Source: Schaalia meyeri (GTDB lineage Bacteria; Actinomycetota; Actinomycetes; Actinomycetales; Actinomycetaceae). Taken from it: DNA of 32,000 nt. Of this stretch, positions 24,932 through 32,000 are shown piece by piece. The notes under the pieces were generated by a model. That model made no database searches and was not told the origin of the DNA. It saw only the letters and a list, made by a program, of their open reading frames with translations. The stretch's first letter is position 1, and the number at the start of each line of letters is the position of its first letter. The translations under genes were made by a program, and so were the position numbers. The DNA is taken from contig NZ_FNLK01000014.1 of assembly GCF_900105015.1 (NCBI RefSeq), positions 120,001-152,000 of the forward strand, read 5' to 3'.

Positions 24932-25357
24932 TCAGTCGACCTGTTCGTTCGTCCAGGTGTGCGAGGCCGGCAGGGCCTGGTCGACAACCGAGTGTTCGAT
25001 CGTGCAGTTGCGCTTGACCGCGGACTCTGCGCGACGCAGCAGATCAGCAATCTCGTCCTCGCTCAGCACGGACATGTCCTGGACCAGCTCCACGTCCACG
25101 TGCGTGAAACGATCGTTGTCCTCATCATAGGAAGCGGACACGCCCACGAACTGCGAGAAATCATCGCCCAGGCGGGCCGCCAGGCGCGCGTCTGAACTCA
25201 TCGCGTTGCAGCCCGCGATCGCGAGCTTGAGCAGGTCGCCGGGGGAAAACATGCCGGGGCCGTGCCCGACCCGGATCTCGGCGCCATCTTGGTTGCGGGC
25301 GACGTATTCGCGCACGCCCGTTCGCTGCAGGTACAGGGACTTCGGGGTATCACTCAT
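24932..25357 (-). CDS. OsmC/Ohr family protein
   Basis: 141 aa. [24 protein letters not shown]... and ...[12 protein letters not shown] carry the two conserved Cys regions of OsmC-like peroxiredoxins. The stop lies 1 nt from the thyA start. Confidence 0.8.
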   Translation of the reverse strand: MSDTPKSLYLQRTGVREYVARNQDGAEIRVGHGPGMFSPGDLLKLAIAGCNAMSSDARLAARLGDDFSQFVGVSASYDEDNDRFTHVDVELVQDMSVLSEDEIADLLRRAESAVKRNCTIEHSVVDQALPASHTWTNEQVD

Positions 25358-25568
25358 GCCATTATTCTGAACCCCCTCGCCCTCGTTTGCCGTCTGGGGG
25401 CGCCCGTATCGCCCGTGGCGTATCCAGGAATAAAATAATGCACGCCCCTTGATATACGCTTACGTAACATCTATTGGCGGTTGTCAAAGGGGCTATCGGG
25501 GGGAGCATGCGAGTGGGATCGGCGCGTGCCTCCGAAGGGGCCACAATCATCGCGTAGCAAAGCGTTGA

Positions 25569-26051
25569 TCAGCGGTGTTCTTCCAGCCAGGCGGCCGCCA
25601 GCTCCCGCTCGCGCTTTGCGACGCCCCCCAGGTGCGCCACGGCCTCTTTCTCGATGTGCCCCCCCAGCAGCGGCACGCGCACGGATATCGCGCCCGTCAC
25701 CTCCCGAGTGCAGCCTCCCTCCGAGGCGGCCAGGGTGGAGGTGGCCTCGACCGACACGGGTGCGCCGTCGACGGTCACCGAGGAGCGCGAGCGCGCCGAG
25801 GCCTCGTCAGTGACCCATTCCTCCGTGAAGGTCACGCACAGGGGAGTGCTCACGAAGCGCGCCGCGGCCGCCGGGAGCAGCTCGGGGCGACACTGGCCTC
25901 CAAGCGTGATGCGCTGGTCCTCCACGCTGATGTGGGCGGTGCCTTCCACGAGGAATGGGGTGAAGCGCCGCTGCAGGTAGTCGGGGGTCAGATACATGGC
26001 GACGACCTCATCGACCGTGCCCGGATAGGAAATTGACTGCGCGAACTCCAT
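25569..26051 (-). CDS. DUF2505-like (SRPBCC-fold) hypothetical protein
   Basis: 160 aa. MEFAQSISYPGTVDEVVAMYLTPDYLQRRF... resembles the actinobacterial DUF2505 family from memory. It is divergent from pdtaS. Confidence 0.55.
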   Translation of the reverse strand: MEFAQSISYPGTVDEVVAMYLTPDYLQRRFTPFLVEGTAHISVEDQRITLGGQCRPELLPAAAARFVSTPLCVTFTEEWVTDEASARSRSSVTVDGAPVSVEATSTLAASEGGCTREVTGAISVRVPLLGGHIEKEAVAHLGGVAKRERELAAAWLEEHR

Positions 26052-26158
26052 GGTTCTCCTTCACCGAATAACCGTCGCCGAATCGTGGTCCGGCGCTGAT
26101 TTGCAACATTTGCAGTTAAGGACCAACTGAGTTGCTCCTCTCCCTTTAGAGTAGGACC

Positions 26159-27619
26159 ATGCGTAGCCTCATGCAGTTAGCTGAAGAAGCCTCTTCAACA
26201 CCGCTGTCGGAGAAGGACATCGATTGGCTGCACCTACTCCTCGCGGACTGGCAGGTGCTGGCTGATCTGGCGGCCGCCGACCTGGTCCTGTGGCTGCCCG
26301 CAGACGACGGACGCTTCATTGCCGCCGCGCACTGTCGGCCCGCGACGTCAACGACGGTCCACGTTGACGACATCATCGGGCTGCACCTGCCCGCCGCTCG
26401 CGAGATCGAACTGCGACGAGCCATCCAGACCGGACAGGTCGTGCGTTCACCCTCCGCGCGCTGGGCGGGCACCTACTCGATGATGGAAACCTGTGTGCCC
26501 GTTTGCCACGACGGCCGCATCATCGCCGTCGTCACGCGCGAAGCGAACCTGTCCAGCCCGCGTCTGTCCCTCGGATTTGAGGGGTGGACCGTGGCAGCGG
26601 CCGACACCCTGTGCCAGATGATGGCGCGCGGCGAGTACCCCTACGATTCGACGCCGCAGGTCACCTCCCACGGCGTACCGCGGGTCCTCGACGGAGCCCT
26701 CCTGATCGACGCCGATGGGCGGGTTCAGCAGGCGACGCCCAACGCGGTGTCCTGCCTGCGGCGCCTGGGGATCCGCTCCCACGTGACCGGAAAGGTTCTC
26801 GCCCAGGAAATCACGCAGGTTATCGGGGATGAATCCCTCATCGAAGAATCGATGGCGGTCGTCGTCATGGGGCGGGCCTCCTGGCGCGTGGAGATCACCG
26901 CGCGCGCATCGACCATCACCATGCGTGCGCTTCCCCTCGTCAATGGCCGCAAGCGCCTGGGGGCCGTGATCCTCACGCGGGACGTGTCCGAAATGCACCG
27001 GCACGAGCAGGCTCTCATGACGAAAGACGCGACAATCCGTGAGATCCACCACCGCGTCAAGAACAATCTGCAGACCGTTTCTGCGCTGCTGCGCCTCCAG
27101 TCGCGTCGCTCCTCGGAGGAAGCTGTGAAGGTTGCTCTGGCCGAGGCGGAGCGGCGCATTCAGGCCATCGCGACCGTGCACGCGGCCCTGTCGCAAAACG
27201 TTGACGAGTCAGTCGACTTTGATGAGGTCGCGCGCACCGTCGTGCGCATGTCGGGAGCCATCGCGTCCACGGATCACGGGGTCGAGGTCGTCACGATGGG
27301 ACGCTTCGGGACGATCTTAGCCGATCAGGCGCAGGCCCTGGCGACCGTCCTGAACGAGCTGGTCGCTAATTCCGTCGAGCACGGTTTGGCCGACCGCGAT
27401 GGGCGCATCGAAGTGTGTGCGCGGCGCGAGGGGCTGGTCATGACCGTGACCGTCGCGGATGATGGCGCGGGCTTCGTGCCCGGCACGCCCATGAGCGGCC
27501 TGGGCACGCAGATCGTCCACCAAATGGTGCGCGGGGAACTGCGCGGTTCCATCGAGTGGGCCCCGAGGGAGGATGGCGGCACTCTCGTGACGCTGGTGAT
27601 CAACCTGGATCCCGCGTGA
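26159..27619 (+). CDS. pdtaS: PdtaS-like cytoplasmic sensor histidine kinase (GAF-PAS-HisKA_2-HATPase)
   Basis: N-terminal DIDWLHLLLADWQVLADLAAADLVLWLP matches the PdtaS GAF region. The phospho-acceptor box is EIHHRVKNNLQTVSALLRLQSR (HisKA_2), and the ATPase region is LNELVANSVEHG...DDGAGF...GLGTQIV. There are no TM segments. Adjacency to whiB1 mirrors the M. tuberculosis arrangement (Rv3219/Rv3220c). Confidence 0.85.
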   Translation: MRSLMQLAEEASSTPLSEKDIDWLHLLLADWQVLADLAAADLVLWLPADDGRFIAAAHCRPATSTTVHVDDIIGLHLPAAREIELRRAIQTGQVVRSPSARWAGTYSMMETCVPVCHDGRIIAVVTREANLSSPRLSLGFEGWTVAAADTLCQMMARGEYPYDSTPQVTSHGVPRVLDGALLIDADGRVQQATPNAVSCLRRLGIRSHVTGKVLAQEITQVIGDESLIEESMAVVVMGRASWRVEITARASTITMRALPLVNGRKRLGAVILTRDVSEMHRHEQALMTKDATIREIHHRVKNNLQTVSALLRLQSRRSSEEAVKVALAEAERRIQAIATVHAALSQNVDESVDFDEVARTVVRMSGAIASTDHGVEVVTMGRFGTILADQAQALATVLNELVANSVEHGLADRDGRIEVCARREGLVMTVTVADDGAGFVPGTPMSGLGTQIVHQMVRGELRGSIEWAPREDGGTLVTLVINLDPA

Positions 27620-27674
27620 GCGGACGAAACAGCAGCGGATGAACGAAGAGGTTGCCTCCGCCAGGTGTTAACGA

Positions 27675-27705
27675 GGCCGGGGATCCCCTGAGTGGATCCT
27701 CGGCC
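27675..27705. terminator. Hairpin between convergent pdtaS and whiB1
   Basis: ggccggggatcc (27675-27686) pairs with ggatcctcggcc (27694-27705). 12-bp stem with one mismatch and a 7-nt loop. Confidence 0.45.
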
Positions 27706-27739
27706 CTGTTCGTGGGTGCCGTTTGGCGTGCCCGGGTGG

Positions 27740-27991
27740 TCAACAGCCGACGCGGCGTGCGCGCGCCGCGCGGCGTTTAAGGGACCGGCGTTCTTCTTCG
27801 CTCATTCCGCCCCAGACTCCGGAGTCTTGGTTATTGTCGATGGCCCACCGGAGGCAGACGCCCTTCACGGAGCATTCGCGGCAGACGGCCTTTGCTTTGG
27901 CCATCTGGATGATGGCGGGACCCGTGCTGCCGATGGGGAAAAAGATTTCGGGATCGACTGTCAGGCATGCCGCCCTGCTGCGCCAGTCCAT
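27740..27991 (-). CDS. whiB1: WhiB-family [4Fe-4S] transcription factor, WhiB1 type
   Basis: MDWRSRAACLTVDPEIFFPIGSTGPAIIQMAKAKAVCRECSVKGVCLRWAIDNNQDSGVWGGMSEEERRSLKRR has four Cys (C-x22-C-x2-C-x5-C pattern), the GVWGG turn and a basic C-terminus. It is very close to M. tuberculosis WhiB1. Confidence 0.95.
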   Translation of the reverse strand: MDWRSRAACLTVDPEIFFPIGSTGPAIIQMAKAKAVCRECSVKGVCLRWAIDNNQDSGVWGGMSEEERRSLKRRAARARRVGC

Positions 27992-28140
27992 GTGAGTGCT
28001 CCTTGTGTCGCCGTTCGCCTGATGCTCCGCTGATTCCCTTGTCAGTCTCTGTTACGTCATCCTAGTCGTGCAAGGCGGCGGTAACAGCGAAACAGGGAAG
28101 TCACTATGCGTCTGGTCACGGCGGGTGAATTTGCTGGGAC

Positions 28141-31100
28141 TTAGGTATTAACTGACCCGTCGGTCAATTGGATGGTGGTCAGTGTGCCGCTCTCGCAGAT
28201 CAGTCCGCATGAGGGGCTCCAGCGGCGTGCTGCAATCGATGACGGATGGCGACGGCTGGAGTGAATAAGCGCGCGAATCACGTTGTCTGATGGGTTGAGC
28301 GCGAGCACGCGGTGATCGTCCCATCTGGTGATACGGGTCCATGCGGCTTCTGGAATGACGTCGGTGATTCTGGGAGCTGCCCATCCCAGCGCCTCATGGA
28401 TCGCCCGAACAGTCCGGGTATCGCGTTCCTGGCCGATGACGATCCACGGCTTTATTTCCTGCCACGAGGGCGGGGCGTGCTCGGGACCGATCAGGACCGG
28501 AAAGGCGGCACTGCTGACCATGGTTGCAGCCTGCGTGAGGGAGGGGATCCTCCAGCAGGGTGTGTCGCTTTTAGCGCCTTCGTTTAGGAGAGCGCTCGCG
28601 GTGGGAAAGCACGCGAGAAGCGTGGGTTCCCCGGGACGTGCGAGGAGCGCCTGATGCTCGCCCAGCGCTCGCAGATCGGCCGGGGCGATGCCGGCGTGCA
28701 GAGCCTCGTCCGCGTCTCTGGCCCGCACGAGGCGCATGGCGAAGGCCCCCAATGCTGCGCTGGAGGGTGTGAAACGGCCCGCGTACGCCGCGACGATGAC
28801 GACGTTGGCGCGCCTGGCGCGTCCCAGCAGGGAGGTCCACAGGGCCTGTGCCCCCGGCTCAGTCAGCGCGTGGGTGAGCGCGGAGCGCAGGGCGGGAACG
28901 TCCGTGATTGCGAGGATCAGCGGGCCGTGTTCGCACGCTTCTTCCAACACATCGATGACGGCGGGGTCCTCTTCTGGTAGGTGAGAGGCCGCACCGGGGA
29001 TGCGCGCCTCTCCAATGACGTGCAGGGGGAGGTGGGTGATGCGCGCGATCCTGGAGGCGATCGATACCACCCAACACGAGGCGAGGGCAGCCTCGTGAGC
29101 GCTGGTCTGTATCTGGATGCTCCCGCCGTCCCACGAGACTAGCTGGTGCCCCTCGATCCCCTCAACGAGGCCGAGCCCCACGGGGGCGTGCTCACGGGCT
29201 GGCGAGTCGACCGATCCCGCCGCTGCCGGGAAAGCGGGGGTGGCCGGTGGAGGAGGCGCGGCATCAACGTCCTCCCACGTCAGGTTCTCAGGCAGTGGAG
29301 GGGCCCACAGGGGCGCAGCTGATGCCCCCGGCCACGCGCGCATGCAGCTGGAGACGACGGAAGCGGCGTCCGGCATGTACGTCAGCTGTATCGTCCCGAC
29401 TCCCGCCAGCACGGCGCGTCCGGGGATGCGCGGTAGCGAGGCGGCGCGGGCGTCTTCGAGGATGTCCGTCGAGTCGGCGGCGCTCAGGCAGCGCAGGGCC
29501 AGGCGGATGTCCATATTCGCGCGCATCTGCGCGCTGACCGCACCGGAAGGGCGCTGGGTCGCGGCGATGAGGTGCAGGCCGAGGCTGCGTCCCTGCGCCG
29601 CCAAGCGCAGCAGGACTTCCATCGACGCTGGGTGGGTCTGGGAAAGAACCCGGAACTCGTCGATGGCGATGATCAGCCGAGCGGGGGGAGAGGGAACAGA
29701 GTGAGGATCCGCGTCGTATCTGAGCTCCCAGGTGGCGAGGTCGGGAAACCCCAGCTCGTGCAGGGACTCCTCCCGCTGCCGCAGGACATGGGCGATTCCG
29801 TCGAGAGCGCGGCTCGTCGCCCCCGCGTCAAGGTCTGTGAGGAGCACCTGCGTGTGCGGCAGCTCCTTCAGGCGGGCGAAGGTGGAGCCACCCTTGTAAT
29901 CGATGAGGACGAATCTGACCCTCTCCGGTGAGTAGCAGTAGGCGATTGCGGCGAGCCAGACAATCAACGCCTCCGACTTGCCCGAGCCCGTGCATCCCGC
30001 GACGAGGGCATGCGGTCCATCGGATACCAGGTCCAGGTCAACCCTCCCACTTTCCGACTGTCCGATCGGCACACTGAGGGTTCCCGCTTGAGCGTGAACG
30101 GACGAAGGATCCCAATCGACGCGCGAGGGCAGTGCGTCCCGCCTGTCCATCCGCGTCACGGTCCACCACCAGTTGGCGGCGACGGGCTGGTCGTCGGTGA
30201 CGCACACCTGAGCACACCACGATGGCAGGTCTGCGACGCGGGACGCGTATCCGATGTGGAGGACCGGGCCGTTTCCTTTTGCGGCACTCGAACAATGCGG
30301 GCACGTTTCGCGGTCGCTCACGTGGATGGTGACTCCCGCGTGTCCGAGCAAGACGGGCGCCGCGCAGTTCCACCAGACGCGAGCTCCCCCCGCCTGGGCT
30401 GCCACCTGTCCCGCGCACCACAGCGCGCACTGCGCCGCATGCGCCCCCACGACGCCGATCGACGACGCTCCTGCCGAGTAGCTGGCCTCAACGGGTGCCA
30501 CCAGCGTGAGGCGCCGTCTCAGGGTCGATGCCCTCCCCGGCCACACGGGTGCTCGCAACGAACGGGGAGCATCTGCCGATGCGGGGAGCGACGCCAGGAC
30601 GAGAGACAGAGCCGCTCCGTCCCAGCCGAGACGACGCCGATGTGCGCGGAACGCCAGGGCTATCGCCGCGCCGAGCAGCGCCGCGATGAAACACCCTGCA
30701 AGAGGCAGGAGCAACGCCGGTCGGGGAGACATGGCGCGCAGGCGCCAGGCCATCAGCGCGAGCATGAGGATCGCAGAGACCAGGGGAAGCACCCGCAGGA
30801 GGGAGAACCCCTTGAACACCCCGCGGCCTGGTCGATCGCTGCCCGGCCACGTCAGGCGACGAGGCCGTGGACGGACCTCGAAAGTGTCCTCACCCAGGCG
30901 AATCGTGGCGCCCGGTCCCAGCGCTCGTCCGTCGCGTGCGGGCAGCGGCACGCGCAGGCGGGACACGCGTCGGATCGAAGAAGAGCCGACAGAGCGCAGG
31001 ACAGCCTTTCCGTTTGTCGTCGAAAAGATCGCGTGCTCGCGTGCGATGCTCGCGCTGGACAACGGAATGTCCCCCGCGCGTCCAACCACTCCGGGAGCGA

Positions 31101-31188
31101 GGGCCAGTCCGACGTCGGGACCCTCGACGCAGGCCAGGTGCAGGTCCGTGCGCAGGGCAGCGCGCGCGAGGCAACCGCGATCGTTCAT
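28141..31188 (-). CDS. FHA-domain / FtsK-SpoIIIE family ATPase (EssC/EccC-like): FHA, 2 TM, one intact P-loop domain, then degenerate domains
   Basis: The start is trimmed to the ATG at the complement of 31186-31188 (MNDRGCLARAAL...), because the track ORF (to 31608) would overlap ligA by 240 nt. FHA-like: GLALAPGVVGRAGDIPLSSASIAREHAIFSTTNGKAVLRSVGSSS. Two TM segments: LLRVLPLVSAILMLALMAW and ALLLPLAGCFIAALLGAAIALAF. Walker A PHALVAGCTGSGKSE (about 29974-29997), Walker B RLIIAIDEF (about 29652-29679), and GLHLIAATQRPSG. The C-terminal part of about 450 aa has FtsK-like strand patterns but no Walker A. Confidence 0.85.
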   Translation of the reverse strand: MNDRGCLARAALRTDLHLACVEGPDVGLALAPGVVGRAGDIPLSSASIAREHAIFSTTNGKAVLRSVGSSSIRRVSRLRVPLPARDGRALGPGATIRLGEDTFEVRPRPRRLTWPGSDRPGRGVFKGFSLLRVLPLVSAILMLALMAWRLRAMSPRPALLLPLAGCFIAALLGAAIALAFRAHRRRLGWDGAALSLVLASLPASADAPRSLRAPVWPGRASTLRRRLTLVAPVEASYSAGASSIGVVGAHAAQCALWCAGQVAAQAGGARVWWNCAAPVLLGHAGVTIHVSDRETCPHCSSAAKGNGPVLHIGYASRVADLPSWCAQVCVTDDQPVAANWWWTVTRMDRRDALPSRVDWDPSSVHAQAGTLSVPIGQSESGRVDLDLVSDGPHALVAGCTGSGKSEALIVWLAAIAYCYSPERVRFVLIDYKGGSTFARLKELPHTQVLLTDLDAGATSRALDGIAHVLRQREESLHELGFPDLATWELRYDADPHSVPSPPARLIIAIDEFRVLSQTHPASMEVLLRLAAQGRSLGLHLIAATQRPSGAVSAQMRANMDIRLALRCLSAADSTDILEDARAASLPRIPGRAVLAGVGTIQLTYMPDAASVVSSCMRAWPGASAAPLWAPPLPENLTWEDVDAAPPPPATPAFPAAAGSVDSPAREHAPVGLGLVEGIEGHQLVSWDGGSIQIQTSAHEAALASCWVVSIASRIARITHLPLHVIGEARIPGAASHLPEEDPAVIDVLEEACEHGPLILAITDVPALRSALTHALTEPGAQALWTSLLGRARRANVVIVAAYAGRFTPSSAALGAFAMRLVRARDADEALHAGIAPADLRALGEHQALLARPGEPTLLACFPTASALLNEGAKSDTPCWRIPSLTQAATMVSSAAFPVLIGPEHAPPSWQEIKPWIVIGQERDTRTVRAIHEALGWAAPRITDVIPEAAWTRITRWDDHRVLALNPSDNVIRALIHSSRRHPSSIAARRWSPSCGLICESGTLTTIQLTDGSVNT

Positions 31189-31305
31189 GGAACAACGATC
31201 AAACCGCCCCCGGGCGCGAACAAACGCTGCGGCGAACCTTGTGGACGGTCGCGTGCGGAAAACGATCCCTGTGGACAACGGAACGCGCGGTGCCCGTGTG
31301 GATAA

Positions 31306-32000
<695 letters not shown>

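Noticed and set aside
25441-25500. Reverse-strand TTGACA (complement of 25482-25487) and the TTACGTAA palindrome as the osmC-thyA-folA promoter/operator
   Set aside because: No acceptable -10 hexamer lies at 16-18 nt spacing (the candidates are CGTAAG, ACGTAA and TACGTA). The region is plausible as a promoter, but the specific elements are not supportable.
27992-28140. CRP/Cmr-type site (TGTGA-N6-TCACA) upstream of whiB1, as known for M. tuberculosis whiB1
   Set aside because: I found only TCAC-ccgcc-GTGA (inverted order, wrong spacing) and a GTGAC...GTGAC direct repeat. Neither matches the consensus, and the candidate promoter hexamers are weak.

Overview
High-GC (most lines about 65-75% GC) chromosomal segment from an actinobacterium. 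The taxon call rests on WhiB1, a PdtaS-type kinase, a UPF0182 protein, a HemH-HemQ fusion and an initiator tRNA with the actinobacterial sequence pattern. I cannot name the genus from sequence alone. I support about 27 protein-coding genes plus one tRNA. Most are core housekeeping genes: UPF0182 membrane protein, tRNA-fMet, mgtC, an amino-acid permease, fused hemH-hemQ, fumC, an osmC-thyA-folA operon, pdtaS-like kinase, whiB1 and ligA. There is also a TetR / FtsX-permease / ABC-ATPase efflux module.

The parts that look non-core are:
1. A visibly lower-GC islet at about 12.0-14.4 kb. It holds a signal-peptide-less, divergent subtilase (S8)-like gene tightly coupled to an orphan ORF, a truncated Hypoth_Ymh/TIGR02391-like gene, and about 400 bp of unassignable remnant.
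2. An orphan, compact FHA + FtsK/SpoIIIE (EssC/EccC-like) ATPase between whiB1 and ligA.
3. A Gln/Gly-rich four-TM protein whose 3' end is a perfect 78/96-bp tandem DNA array.
4. A collapsed in-frame remnant of a second amino-acid permease.

No CRISPR array, rRNA, intact IS element or recognisable known defence system was seen. The novel-system candidates are hypotheses built from motif reading only. Many long ORFs in the supplied track are antisense or off-frame high-GC artefacts and were rejected.
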